From a virus: a stretch of DNA of 64,000 nt. The position numbers and the translations under genes were made by a program. Numbering within the stretch: the first letter of the stretch is position 1; the number at the start of each line of letters is the position of its first letter. The notes beneath the pieces are model-generated. The model saw nothing but the letters and a program-made list of their open reading frames with translations. It was not told the origin of the DNA and ran no database searches. This document shows positions 39,690-49,977 of this stretch, one piece after another. Location of the stretch: IMG/VR virus record IMGVR_UViG_3300035670_013167, positions 32,001 to 96,000 of that record. The stretch is one strand, 5' to 3'.

Positions 39690-39996
39690 GAACACCACCA
39701 ATAACACTAAAGATATATTTGATCCAAGAAATCTTGAAAAACTATTAATCAAGGCTTGGACCGAATTTATCGACGCTAGAAAATTACTGAATTTCTTAAA
39801 AATTAATATAAAAGAAAAATTTCATATTAACAACCCTAAAATTCAAACCCTTTTAGTATCCAATGTTATTCTAGAACCTCAGGGGATCTTGCTTTGGATT
39901 AATTATAATATAATGAATTCTAGTAATCCTGTCAACATTACACATGAAGTTTTACTTAAGGCTGACGGGACTATAGAAATTACAAAAACTATATAA
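39688..39996 (+). CDS. Hypothetical protein
   Basis: 102-aa ORF. Confidence 0.55.
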   Translation: MNTTNNTKDIFDPRNLEKLLIKAWTEFIDARKLLNFLKINIKEKFHINNPKIQTLLVSNVILEPQGILLWINYNIMNSSNPVNITHEVLLKADGTIEITKTI

Positions 39997-40294
39997 CATC
40001 AAAAATAGTAATATTTTCACCATCTTGAGAAATAGATTTTTGTTCACAAATCATTTTATTTTTATCTTCAAATCTTAAGCCCAAATTATATTCATCAATG
40101 GAAACTTCTCTACCATTCTGAGAAGCTATGATCCAACAATAATTCGGTTGTTTTTCTAAGTCTCCATACTTATTTTCTTGAGTTATTCCAACTTCTAACA
40201 CCATATTATTTGGCAAAAGTAACTGAACTTGACCTTCACTCAATAAGTGATTTATAAAAACTTCTTGAACTTTGTTTTTATTTATTTTTTTCAT
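39989..40294 (-). CDS. Hypothetical protein
   Basis: SD GGAGG before MKKINK. Confidence 0.6.
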   Translation of the reverse strand: MKKINKNKVQEVFINHLLSEGQVQLLLPNNMVLEVGITQENKYGDLEKQPNYCWIIASQNGREVSIDEYNLGLRFEDKNKMICEQKSISQDGENITIFDVI

Positions 40295-40343
40295 GGAATC
40301 GCCCTCCTTATAAAATTTGCTAAACATGAAAAACAAGCGATTA

Positions 40344-40790
40344 TTAATAAAGATTTAATTGTTCTGGCTTCATATAGCTGTACTCAAATCCTTCAAAACT
40401 TTTGATTTTTGATTTTTCTTGTATCGGAGATGAAATAGGCCTGCCTCTTTCGTCCACACAAACACTCCAACAATAAATTTTATAGTCTTTTTGATAAAAT
40501 TCCACTAATGATAAAAGATGGCTTCCCAAAACTTTTTTAGCTAGTTTAGTAACTAATGAAAAAGGTAAAAAAGGAGCATATTTATTATAAACTTGAAAAG
40601 TTTCTAGATAATAATTGCCGTAAAAAGCTTTATTAAAATGAATTATTACAGTATAACCATCAACTTCCACTTCATTTTTCTTAAGACAGGCAATATCATA
40701 TTCATTTTCCATAGGACCTAATGGAAAATTATAACCAACTAAATGGCTAGACAAATTTCTTAGTATTTCAATTTTATTGTCAAAGCTCAT
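40344..40790 (-). CDS. Hypothetical protein
   Basis: SD GAGG before MSFDNK. Confidence 0.6.
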   Translation of the reverse strand: MSFDNKIEILRNLSSHLVGYNFPLGPMENEYDIACLKKNEVEVDGYTVIIHFNKAFYGNYYLETFQVYNKYAPFLPFSLVTKLAKKVLGSHLLSLVEFYQKDYKIYCWSVCVDERGRPISSPIQEKSKIKSFEGFEYSYMKPEQLNLY

Positions 40791-40808
40791 GGCTAAAGAC
40801 CTCAAATA

Positions 40809-41753
40809 CTATTTATCCTTTTCGCACAAATAACTACAAATTTGTTTATCCAATTGCACACAATTTAATATCTCTTTAAATTCAAAAAAAGACCTATTTC
40901 TAAAAGAATTCCAATAAGAAACATCACTTTTTATATTAGTAAAAACTCTTTGTAAAAACCAACTTCCAAGCTCAGAATTATTAATTTCTAAAAATTCAAA
41001 AAAATCTTTTGGATCTAGCCAAGATAAAGAATCCGGCAAACCTTTGAGAACAGCTTTAGATATAAAATTATCTAAAAACAAAATCCAATTTTTTGCAAAA
41101 TAAGAATCCAAACAAGCCGCATTATCTGCTATCCTAAACTCTATTGTAGGCCTTCTATTTTTGACTAGATGATATGTATTAATACTCAAGTACTTGTTAG
41201 AAAGCTTATCAACGATTTCAGAACAGTCTATTTGATTTACATCAAACAAATCCAAAAGACCTATACATTGACAATATTTATTTAATTTTCTGGTATCGGG
41301 TATAGAGTCGAAAAAAATAGCTTCGCACTTTATCCACCAACAAAGCACAGAGCATAAATTTAAAGATTTTGCAAAATTAATTTTTCTATGATCAACATAA
41401 TTCTCATAAAATAAAAAATCGCTAATATCAAAATGAACATGGAAAGAACATCTTGTATCAGCCATTATTTTTTCATCTTTTGATAAATATTCTATAACTT
41501 CAACAACTTCAAAAAAATCATCAAGAACTGGGCTACACAGTTCTATTCCACAACTTGAGTCTGGTTTGCATACCCAATTTTTATTATTACAGGTGTACTG
41601 CCAATCTGTGATAACAACCTCTTTATTTAATTTTTCAAGCAATCCAGCTACATATTCTATTCCTTCAGGTTTTTCTTTCTTAAATAATGGATTTATTTTA
41701 AAATCTCTTTTATCAAAAGAATTTAATTCTATTTCTATGCCAAATTTTCTCAT
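40809..41753 (-). CDS. Putative amidoligase (COOH-NH2 ligase-like)
   Basis: FGIEIE, DSS...ELCSP, CSFHVH, TIEFR. Confidence 0.82.
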   Translation of the reverse strand: MRKFGIEIELNSFDKRDFKINPLFKKEKPEGIEYVAGLLEKLNKEVVITDWQYTCNNKNWVCKPDSSCGIELCSPVLDDFFEVVEVIEYLSKDEKIMADTRCSFHVHFDISDFLFYENYVDHRKINFAKSLNLCSVLCWWIKCEAIFFDSIPDTRKLNKYCQCIGLLDLFDVNQIDCSEIVDKLSNKYLSINTYHLVKNRRPTIEFRIADNAACLDSYFAKNWILFLDNFISKAVLKGLPDSLSWLDPKDFFEFLEINNSELGSWFLQRVFTNIKSDVSYWNSFRNRSFFEFKEILNCVQLDKQICSYLCEKDK

Positions 41754-41805
41754 TGATTATTCTTTATTATTTTTGTACAATATATTATACAAAAAGGAGA
41801 ACAAA

Positions 41806-42042
41806 ATGAAATGTCTAATGATACAAACAAATGACAATAGAAAATTACTAACTCATCAAAAAAACTACAAACATCTTTTGGAATATATAAAAACTTTTAA
41901 AGCAAAAACTTTTGTTGTTAAAGTTGCAAGCGAAGAAAAACAAAAAATATTAGATTTAAATAAGTTAGTTTCGGCGTTATGCGATAAAAACTTTAATATT
42001 AAAAATATAAATGTTGAAATTTTAGAAAAAAAATCAAAGTAA
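41806..42042 (+). CDS. Hypothetical protein
   Basis: Promoter TTGATT-17-TACAAT and SD AGGAG before MKCLM. Confidence 0.6.
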   Translation: MKCLMIQTNDNRKLLTHQKNYKHLLEYIKTFKAKTFVVKVASEEKQKILDLNKLVSALCDKNFNIKNINVEILEKKSK

Positions 42043-42807
42043 GCTATTCAATCTTATAAGTGCTTTGCCATAAAGAGTATGGCTATTTTGAATTCCCCAA
42101 GAAAAATCTTTTATATTCATTATGTATTTTTGTTTTGCATATTGATTCCAAAGATGAAGAACTAAAAGATTTTTTGGAATTTCATATTCATTCTCAAATA
42201 TATTTTCTAATTTTCTAAAACTAGGCCTAACAAAACAATCAGGAGGCAAAACTAATATGTCTTCTTTATTATTAAATTTTGAATATATCATCTGCGGCAG
42301 GATGGTAGAAGCTTCTTGCCAACCATTTGGATTGAAGAATTTTTCATAATTATTCATCCAAATATTTAAAAATTTGCTATTTTTATAAGACATCATAACG
42401 GCGTTAGAAAACCCCATGTTTCTACCGCATTCTGTAATCTCTTGAGAAATTACAAAATTATTATTTAATAATAAGTTGTTGTAATTTCTTATTGTAATTG
42501 TATCTATATCTAAATAAATTCCACCTTTATTATGCAAAACAAACATTTTCAGTATGTCTGCTTTGTGTGGAATTTTAATTATATTTTTTTTACCAATTTT
42601 TTCAGGAGCTGTAACTTTTACTATTTCTACTAAATCTTTAGTTTTTTCCCACCAAAAACCCTTTGGCAATTCGTCGCAATAAAAAAATATTTTTTCTGGT
42701 TTTTGTATGAGTTTGCAAGACAAAACAGCAACATGATAAACAAATAAAAAATCTTCACATTGCTGCTTGTCTCGTAAACAAATAAAGTGAACTATATTTG
42801 GGATCAC
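42034..42807 (-). CDS. GT32-like DXD glycosyltransferase
   Basis: IPNIVHF, HKADIL, GGIYLDID, HLW. Confidence 0.85.
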   Translation of the reverse strand: MIPNIVHFICLRDKQQCEDFLFVYHVAVLSCKLIQKPEKIFFYCDELPKGFWWEKTKDLVEIVKVTAPEKIGKKNIIKIPHKADILKMFVLHNKGGIYLDIDTITIRNYNNLLLNNNFVISQEITECGRNMGFSNAVMMSYKNSKFLNIWMNNYEKFFNPNGWQEASTILPQMIYSKFNNKEDILVLPPDCFVRPSFRKLENIFENEYEIPKNLLVLHLWNQYAKQKYIMNIKDFSWGIQNSHTLYGKALIRLNSLL

Positions 42808-43988
42808 TTGTCTTCTTCAACCAAATGAGAAATATCACCATTAGAATCTACTTGCTCTACTCCGTCACTATTAGTAAGAGCGATAGCTTCAGACCATTCT
42901 TTTAGATATTCTCTAACTTGATCGGCACTTTCTGCATCTACTAATTTAGGATATTTATATAAAACTTCTGGATCCATTGGTGCTGTTTTTGCCTGCTGAA
43001 ACATGGCCTCTTCTTCTCCACTCCATTCAGGAAGTATTCTGTATCTTCCTTGTCCTTTTGTAGGCTCAATTCTTTCTGCCATTAGTAGGGCATCCATAAG
43101 ACCACCAAGAGGATTTATACCAGTGTTAAAAAACAAAGGAATATTTTCTACTTTTACTCCAGGCGTAAAATGCCTATTCTTTTTATTTGTCACACTCATA
43201 TTAACACCAAGAGGAAGCTTGGTTTTTTTATCTTGAAATGATTTTGGAGCACCACAACGAAGTCTTAAAGAAGCATAAAACTTTAAAGCTTCTCCGCCAC
43301 CAGAAGTAGTTTCATCATTACCATAAATAACTCCAATTTTTTTTCTGACCTGGTTGATGACATACAAAGTTGCATTATTATTATTTAAGAAAGGATTTAA
43401 TGTTCTCAAAACTTTATTTGCAATTTTAGCTCGTTCTCCAGGCCTTTCATTTCCTCCTGCTGCTGCTATTTGAGCCTGCGTGGGATTTTCAGGCAATTCT
43501 GTCTCGTTCCATTCTCTACTAGATGGATTCACACCAATCGAATCCCAAACAATTCCAATTGGCTTGTCTGGAAATTTTTCTCGAATTGCATTAACAATAA
43601 TTGTAATCTTTTTTTCGACTTGCTCTAGTGTAATTGGATCATAAACCAATAAAGAATCTGGGTCTACGTGTCCACATCTTTCTGCAAATTCAGAGCCACT
43701 AGATCTTTCACAATCTAACAATATCGCTATTCCATTCATTTTCTGAATAGAGTGCATAAAGCAATATCCTAGAAAAGACTTACCAGAAGCTTCAGGACCA
43801 TAAGCCTCTACAATCCTGCCGCCTGGAAATCCTCCGCTTATAAATTTACCACTACAAGCATAATTTATAGAAAGATTTCCAGTATCAACAAAATAGGGAA
43901 CTTGACCTGCTCCTCGAAGAGTTTCTCCACCAGTTGAACTCAATATTTCAGCCAACACATCATTATCATTATTTTTCTTTTTTGCCAT
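42804..43988 (-). CDS. recA: RecA/UvsX recombinase
   Basis: GGFPGGR, GPEASGKS, WDSI, INQVR, GGEALKFYASLR. Confidence 0.93.
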   Translation of the reverse strand: MAKKKNNDNDVLAEILSSTGGETLRGAGQVPYFVDTGNLSINYACSGKFISGGFPGGRIVEAYGPEASGKSFLGYCFMHSIQKMNGIAILLDCERSSGSEFAERCGHVDPDSLLVYDPITLEQVEKKITIIVNAIREKFPDKPIGIVWDSIGVNPSSREWNETELPENPTQAQIAAAGGNERPGERAKIANKVLRTLNPFLNNNNATLYVINQVRKKIGVIYGNDETTSGGGEALKFYASLRLRCGAPKSFQDKKTKLPLGVNMSVTNKKNRHFTPGVKVENIPLFFNTGINPLGGLMDALLMAERIEPTKGQGRYRILPEWSGEEEAMFQQAKTAPMDPEVLYKYPKLVDAESADQVREYLKEWSEAIALTNSDGVEQVDSNGDISHLVEEDK

Positions 43989-44010
43989 TATATTTTCTCC
44001 ATTTTATTTT

Positions 44011-44053
44011 AAAAAATACCCCTGCCCAAGTGCTGCGACAACTTGGGCAGGGG
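44011..44053 (-). terminator. Intrinsic terminator after SSB gene
   Basis: 13-bp stem CCCCTGCCCAAGT/ACTTGGGCAGGGG then TATTTTTT. Confidence 0.8.
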
Positions 44054-44073
44054 CCGAACCAAACTACGTGCAA

Positions 44074-45066
44074 CTAAGACAACTTTCTAAGTTCTTCTAA
44101 AAAGTCTTTATCAGCCATTTCTTCATCTTCATCGTCGTTTTGTTCAACTTTAGAAGTGGATTTGGAAACGATTTCTTCAACATCCTCTTCTTCCACAACC
44201 TGTTTGACCTTAGGGGGAACAGGAGCCGAAACAGAAGAAGCGGAAGTAGAAGCAGAAGACTTGAATTTTGATGGATCAAAATTCGAACTTGTTTCCTGTT
44301 TCAAACCCAAATGAATCATCAATTCATTTTCTAAATCTTCTGCTGATTTGAGCACTCTCAAAGAAGCCAAGTCATGAAGATTTTCCATCCACTTTTCACA
44401 CTCATCAGGATCACCGGCTGGCGACTCGTCTAAGAAATGAGAACTTTCGTAGTTAGGATAAGTATTCTCACCAGATTTTCTAATGGTCTTGACTAATTTG
44501 AAGTCTCTACCAGTTTTGAAATCAGTAACATCACCTAATCTAGGCTGATTCATTTCTTTGTCGCCGCAAATTCCTCTAAGAATAGCTTCGTGAACTGTTT
44601 TACCAACTGAGAGAATTTTAGGACCAACATTCTTTTTTACATTTCCATTTTCGTCAGTTTCAGCCCTTACTATTACATTGTAATAGTATCTTTCAATAGG
44701 CTTCAATTCTCGATAGGTAGCCTGCATTCTATCTCGTTCTTCGGGCGGGGCTTGTTCTGACTCTTTCCACAGCCACTTGAGATAGTCTCCAATTGGATTT
44801 TCACCAACCCACTTGCCATTTACCTTTTCTCTAGGATCATGAAGGCTCTTACCATTTACCTTATGAATTCTTGTCCATTGATAAAAAGGATTTTTTTCTC
44901 TATCGAACATTCCATTTGGAGCAGGAGGCAAAATTCTCAAAACAACACTGCCCTTGCCTTCGGGCATTCTTACAAAGTTTTCCAAAAAAGATCCAGAAGA
45001 ACCACTAGCTTCTACAGCCTTGGATTCCTTGTATTCTTCACTAAGGGAATTAATATCTAGTCCCAT
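44074..45066 (-). CDS. T4 gp32-like single-stranded DNA-binding protein
   Basis: LRILP, RYYYNV, GRDFKL, YPNY, acidic C-terminal tail. Confidence 0.85.
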   Translation of the reverse strand: MGLDINSLSEEYKESKAVEASGSSGSFLENFVRMPEGKGSVVLRILPPAPNGMFDREKNPFYQWTRIHKVNGKSLHDPREKVNGKWVGENPIGDYLKWLWKESEQAPPEERDRMQATYRELKPIERYYYNVIVRAETDENGNVKKNVGPKILSVGKTVHEAILRGICGDKEMNQPRLGDVTDFKTGRDFKLVKTIRKSGENTYPNYESSHFLDESPAGDPDECEKWMENLHDLASLRVLKSAEDLENELMIHLGLKQETSSNFDPSKFKSSASTSASSVSAPVPPKVKQVVEEEDVEEIVSKSTSKVEQNDDEDEEMADKDFLEELRKLS

Positions 45067-45140
45067 TTTTCTCTCCGTTAATAAAAAGTTAATTGAAAGT
45101 TAATAAACGTTACTAACAATTTCACGTTCATTGTTATCAT

Positions 45141-45169
45141 GTTATAAGTAATATCGAATCAAAAGTCAA
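45141..45169 (-). promoter_or_regulatory. Sigma70-type promoter of SSB gene
   Basis: TTGACT-17-TATAAC. Confidence 0.7.
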
Positions 45170-45180
45170 TATTTTTTTTC

Positions 45181-45630
45181 TTAATCTTCGCTTTTTTCAC
45201 CAATTGCTTGTTTTTGAGTAAAATCTATTCTGCCTGATTCTTTTTCTTCTTGAGTCATAGAATCTTGAACCTGCTTATCTAAGGCACTTAATTTGTCTTT
45301 TAGAGTGTGATAGCCTTCCGCCTCAAGTTTTTCATTAATGGCTTTTTTCTGGTTGATCTCTGCTAAATACTCATCTTCTAAAGCTTTTAATATCTCAGCA
45401 TTTTTTTCTAATTTAGATAAAATTTGTTCATTCTTTTTGTCTTCTAAAATCTTTTTCTTTTCAGGATCTTTAATTATAGGCATTATTCTCTCGCGAAATT
45501 TTTTATCTAATTTAGATGATTTTTTATTTTCGCTAGCTTGATTTCTCAATAATTTTCTTCTAGCTAAAACTCTTTTTTTAGCAATTTCTTCTCTTTTCTT
45601 TTTCTTTCTTTCTTGTTGTTTTTTAGACAT
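45181..45630 (-). CDS. Basic coiled-coil hypothetical protein
   Basis: Start MSKKQQ coupled to upstream stop. Confidence 0.6.
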   Translation of the reverse strand: MSKKQQERKKKKREEIAKKRVLARRKLLRNQASENKKSSKLDKKFRERIMPIIKDPEKKKILEDKKNEQILSKLEKNAEILKALEDEYLAEINQKKAINEKLEAEGYHTLKDKLSALDKQVQDSMTQEEKESGRIDFTQKQAIGEKSED

Positions 45631-46382
45631 TATCTTCTCCTTATATCTGGCATTGATTCTTCTGTTTTCATGTTTTTCCAAAGATCGATTTCACAACTAG
45701 TCGCTCCATGATATTGAGGTTCATCCTCACCAAAACTCAACCCTGCTGGCGGGACTATAAAACACTCGGAACTAACTTCAACTTCTCTGCCGGTATCATC
45801 TTTTGTTAAATAATTTAATATACCAGCTCCCAAAGATTTTTCTAAAAAAATTGAATACTTTTTTCCTACAGTAAACTTATATCCTTTTTGCTCTACCTTT
45901 GCTTTTGTCATCAGCTCAGGATCATAAATTTCTTGTCTTATTGCCTTTTTATTTTCTTTCTTAACCTGACAAAGATTAACTTTAGGAGTTGGTTCTACAT
46001 CTTGTTCAACTTCTGGTTTTATTATTTTTTTAATTTTATCTAGCAAAACTTCGTCTTCTAATATTTTAGAAACATCTTCGTCTTCTTCAGAATCAGAAGA
46101 CACAATAGATCCGCTGTCAAAACTAAATTTTTTATTTTTAATTAATATTCCATTTTCGTTTTCTTTGTAGCTTATTTTTTTCTTTGTATACTCAAATATT
46201 TCAATGTCAACAATAAGAATGTTTCTTCTAGCCAACTGCGACATGATTTTCCCAGCTAAAACTTCTAAGGAAACATCTTCATTATATTTGCCTATTTTAG
46301 TAGTTTTAGTTAATATTTCATCCTGATACTCTCCGGGAGTTTCAGCAGATTGTTTGTAGTGATAAATAATTTCAAATCCCAT
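45630..46382 (-). CDS. Hypothetical protein
   Basis: 250-aa ORF. Confidence 0.65.
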   Translation of the reverse strand: MGFEIIYHYKQSAETPGEYQDEILTKTTKIGKYNEDVSLEVLAGKIMSQLARRNILIVDIEIFEYTKKKISYKENENGILIKNKKFSFDSGSIVSSDSEEDEDVSKILEDEVLLDKIKKIIKPEVEQDVEPTPKVNLCQVKKENKKAIRQEIYDPELMTKAKVEQKGYKFTVGKKYSIFLEKSLGAGILNYLTKDDTGREVEVSSECFIVPPAGLSFGEDEPQYHGATSCEIDLWKNMKTEESMPDIRRR

Positions 46383-46395
46383 AAAACTAAATTAG

Positions 46396-47013
46396 TTACT
46401 TTTGAACAATTCCAACTCCGTATCTTGTTTCGTAAACAATTCCTTCTCTATTTTTAGTTTTACAAAAATCTAAAAATATTTTTTTTATTTTTTTATCGTA
46501 ATCTAAGTAATCAACCACTAAAAATCCATCTAAATTTAAATTATTCCAAAAAATATTTAAGGCGTCCATGATTTTATCAAAATTATTTTTTTCAGTAATT
46601 AATATAAGATCAAAATTTTTCAATTTAGACAAAAATTCATCATCAAATATTGATCCATAATAAAATTCTTTATTAATTTTTTTTGATATGTCCTTGATAT
46701 TAGAAAAAGCAAGACGCTCTGAGTAGAAACTTCCATCGTTATTTTGAAAAGCAAAAAAATATTGAGGACTTTTTGATCCTTGTAAAAAACAACAAATTTC
46801 TAATCCTAAATTTAATCCAATTTGCAAAATAGATTTTGGAGCTATATATTTGCCCATATGGTAATAAAAAGGCAAATATAAAGGATCTTGATATTGGCCG
46901 CTTTTCCTAGAACTTTCATCTACAAGTCTTAATTTATCTAATAAAACTCTTGATGAAATTAATTGATTTTTTAATTTTAAATCTAAATCTTTAGAAAAGT
47001 CTTTTAGGTTCAT
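46396..47013 (-). CDS. Methyltransferase-like protein (degenerate)
   Basis: ILQIGL, FDLILI, LNLDGFLVVD. Confidence 0.5.
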   Translation of the reverse strand: MNLKDFSKDLDLKLKNQLISSRVLLDKLRLVDESSRKSGQYQDPLYLPFYYHMGKYIAPKSILQIGLNLGLEICCFLQGSKSPQYFFAFQNNDGSFYSERLAFSNIKDISKKINKEFYYGSIFDDEFLSKLKNFDLILITEKNNFDKIMDALNIFWNNLNLDGFLVVDYLDYDKKIKKIFLDFCKTKNREGIVYETRYGVGIVQK

Positions 47014-47270
47014 AAAGAAATAAAAATAGGATCATTTTCTCCAAAATGACTTCCTAAAACATTATATTCAAAATACTCAACAGCATCTTTCAAAGGCATT
47101 CCGCTATTCGTTAGCACTACGATGCATTTTTCAACATCATAAACAGGAACAATTGGATTTTTGCCGTTTGTATAACCTATTATAGCTTGATCAAATCCTT
47201 CTGCAAAAAGAGCTTCAGGATTTAATTCTGTTATTCTCTCAATTATTTGCTTGTATCTTGTTTCTTCCAC
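47010..47270 (-). CDS. Conserved phage hypothetical protein
   Basis: GFDQAIIG...AVEYFEYNVLG..GE..P pattern. Confidence 0.6.
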   Translation of the reverse strand: MEETRYKQIIERITELNPEALFAEGFDQAIIGYTNGKNPIVPVYDVEKCIVVLTNSGMPLKDAVEYFEYNVLGSHFGENDPIFISL

Positions 47271-47832
47271 TATATTCTCTCCAAATCATCAGATCATATT
47301 CAGCAACAGACATTCCCGACTTTTTTACTAAATCTAAAAATATTTTTTCTATTTCTAGATAACTTTTTCTAGTTGGAGTCTGCTGGGGCACATTATAACC
47401 GTTATCTCTCAAAAAAGAAAGAATATGAACATCTAAACCAGCGTAACTAGCATTTCTTCTAGAGTGTATTATAAAACATCTACTAGTTTTCATGCCTATT
47501 CCGTAAATATTTTCGAGATCTTCCGCAGAACATTCATGAAGATCTAATCCAGAATTAGCCAATTCATAAAATGTTTTAGCCTTATTATTATAACAACCTA
47601 TCCCATTGTATTTTAATACATTGGGAAGTTCGCTTTTATTAATTTTTCTTATACACTCAAAAGGATTATATAATTTTATATTTAAATTATTATGAATTGA
47701 CTGTAATAATTTTTCAAGACATCTACTGGCAGTGAGGGCATTTTTCCCTGCTGCCAAAACCCAAAATAATAAAACTTCTTCAAGTTCTTCTTTTGTATTT
47801 TTGAACTTGGTAATATTAACAGGATCTATCAT
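47239..47832 (-). CDS. HhH N-glycosylase/AP lyase (OGG2-like)
   Basis: GIGMKTS, LDVHIL, YLEIEK, DLMIW. Confidence 0.75.
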   Translation of the reverse strand: MIDPVNITKFKNTKEELEEVLLFWVLAAGKNALTASRCLEKLLQSIHNNLNIKLYNPFECIRKINKSELPNVLKYNGIGCYNNKAKTFYELANSGLDLHECSAEDLENIYGIGMKTSRCFIIHSRRNASYAGLDVHILSFLRDNGYNVPQQTPTRKSYLEIEKIFLDLVKKSGMSVAEYDLMIWREYSGRNKIQANN

Positions 47833-48335
47833 GAGTTTTTTCTAACAATATTTTCTACTTCATCGTTCATTTCTCGCTTAATCATAATATCTGTACTTAA
47901 TTTGTCCATTTCTTTTCTTATCATGTGTCCTCTACTTTGGGCATTTTCATGAGCTTTATCCCAAGATCTCAAGTGCTGTTTAAGCAGAGTAACCTTATGC
48001 TTAGCTCCAATAATTTCTTTTTTTAATTCAGAAACCTTTTCTTGTTTTTTTGCATTTGCTTCAGCCAATTTATCTGTGCATCCTTCTTCTTTTGATTTTT
48101 CGTAAGCACAGGCAAATGCAAGTTCGTATTCATATTCCCTGTAGGCCAATAAGGCTTCTGCCTCGGCTAGTTTTTGAGAAAAATAATCATACCACAAGCC
48201 TAAATTTTCCATGAAAGAATTTAATGTAATTTCATTAAAAGACAATCTTGAATTGTCTAATATAATTTCCTGATCTCCTACCTTGATAGAAGTTTTAGCA
48301 ATTGGAGCATCTTTAAAATAATCTAATTCACTCAT
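47829..48335 (-). CDS. UvsY-like recombination mediator
   Basis: Helical protein next to helicase; TDKLAEA. Confidence 0.5.
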   Translation of the reverse strand: MSELDYFKDAPIAKTSIKVGDQEIILDNSRLSFNEITLNSFMENLGLWYDYFSQKLAEAEALLAYREYEYELAFACAYEKSKEEGCTDKLAEANAKKQEKVSELKKEIIGAKHKVTLLKQHLRSWDKAHENAQSRGHMIRKEMDKLSTDIMIKREMNDEVENIVRKNS

Positions 48336-49977
48336 CAGAATCTTCTCCGTTTTCTATGTTATCGGGCTGGTCTAGATCTGCGTTATTATAGCCTATGTCA
48401 TCTTTAAATTTTGATTTATTTTTTTTGTTTTTATTTTTATATTTCATTTTATTCTCAATCTCTTCTTGTTGACGCTCTTCGTCAGTCTTTCTATTCACAA
48501 CAGTCATTTGATAAGCTTTCCATCTTCTGTCATATTCGGCTCCGCTAATTTCTTTCATTTCCAGAGTTTTCATATTATATTCTACATAAAAAGTGAACCT
48601 ACTTTTGCCATGTCGATGCTTAATAACAAATATTCTGGCTATTGCGGCCTCTTTTTCTCCATGCATTTGATTTATAGACCAACAGCCATCTAAAGGCCTA
48701 ATTTGACCATAAGAATCAGCCAAGTTCGTATCATCTATAACTCCTGGTCCTAGTCCCTCTTTATTTTGAGCCTCTCTGGCATCTTTATTAGGCTGCATAG
48801 CGGTGTATATGCAAACATCTTCCTCAGTCGCCAATCCTCTTAAGTCTCTTACAATTCTATATCTAGACTCATAAGTGGGCATTCCTGGGTAATCTTTCAT
48901 TTCACCTATATAATCAATAATTAATAAGTCTGGTCTAAATCCTATCATGTATAGTTGCTGCATGTATGCTCTTAAAGTGTTAACGGTCATGCTGCCTGCT
49001 GGGAATTGCTTTATTACCAGTAATCTTTTATCTTCCTTATCTTTTGTTTTTTCTTCCATTGCGTTTCTGATAATGTCGGCATTTTCATGTATTGTGCCTA
49101 TAGCAATATCACCAACTTGAGCGTCAAATCTTTCGGCTATCTTGTCCTCGTCCATTTCAAGAGAAACATATAGAACTTTCTTGCCAAGCTCAGTTACATT
49201 TTTTAATGCAGCGGTGACTAAAGCCAAGCTTTTTCCAGTACCGCTCAATCCAATCCAAGAATATATTTCTCCTCTATGAGGCCCACCCCCTAATAAAGCA
49301 TCATCAATACTCTTAAATCCGCTTGTAAACCTTTCTTGAGCTTCTTCTTCTTTTTGCATTCGCAAGAAACGCTCTTCAAATGTTTCAAAATAATTTAATC
49401 CCTCGTCAAAATTTCTATCAACGAGCAAAGCTTCTTTGAGAACAGATTGAATTTGCGTCCATGTTGATTCCTCTTCGGGATCTTTCTTCATTAATTGAAG
49501 AGATTTATCAAATGCATTTTTTAAACTCATTAATTTAGCAAAATTAAGTATCTTTTCTAAAAGATACTCTCTTGAATCTAAATTTGGAACGTATTTTTCG
49601 TATAAAGAAATTGTTTCTGCGATGTAATGATTTTTAATCGTAGGTTCTTTATTTTTTATTGCAGTCTCTATCTCTTGAATAACAAAAGATCTTTGAGGAA
49701 GTATTTTGTATTTTTCTAAGTGATAAAATAAATTTCTACAAAGAAGCTGATGAACTTCGTCAACAAAATAATTTGGATTTATTAAATCCCTACATTGCAC
49801 AGCAAACCATCTATCATTTAGTAAAAGAGCTATTATATTTTTTTGAAATTCTTCTGCCCAATTATATTTTATTACGGAATCGCCATCTGGGTTTGTGTGG
49901 CTTTTTAATTTATTTTTTTCTTCTTCTGTGAGTTCTTCATCAAAATCGCCAAAATCATATTCATCATGTTCTGACAT
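48328..49977 (-). CDS. dnaB: Replicative helicase (DnaB/T4 gp41-like)
   Basis: GLSGTGKS, SLEM, IIDY, AMQPN, KHRHG. Confidence 0.92.
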   Translation of the reverse strand: MSEHDEYDFGDFDEELTEEEKNKLKSHTNPDGDSVIKYNWAEEFQKNIIALLLNDRWFAVQCRDLINPNYFVDEVHQLLCRNLFYHLEKYKILPQRSFVIQEIETAIKNKEPTIKNHYIAETISLYEKYVPNLDSREYLLEKILNFAKLMSLKNAFDKSLQLMKKDPEEESTWTQIQSVLKEALLVDRNFDEGLNYFETFEERFLRMQKEEEAQERFTSGFKSIDDALLGGGPHRGEIYSWIGLSGTGKSLALVTAALKNVTELGKKVLYVSLEMDEDKIAERFDAQVGDIAIGTIHENADIIRNAMEEKTKDKEDKRLLVIKQFPAGSMTVNTLRAYMQQLYMIGFRPDLLIIDYIGEMKDYPGMPTYESRYRIVRDLRGLATEEDVCIYTAMQPNKDAREAQNKEGLGPGVIDDTNLADSYGQIRPLDGCWSINQMHGEKEAAIARIFVIKHRHGKSRFTFYVEYNMKTLEMKEISGAEYDRRWKAYQMTVVNRKTDEERQQEEIENKMKYKNKNKKNKSKFKDDIGYNNADLDQPDNIENGEDSDE

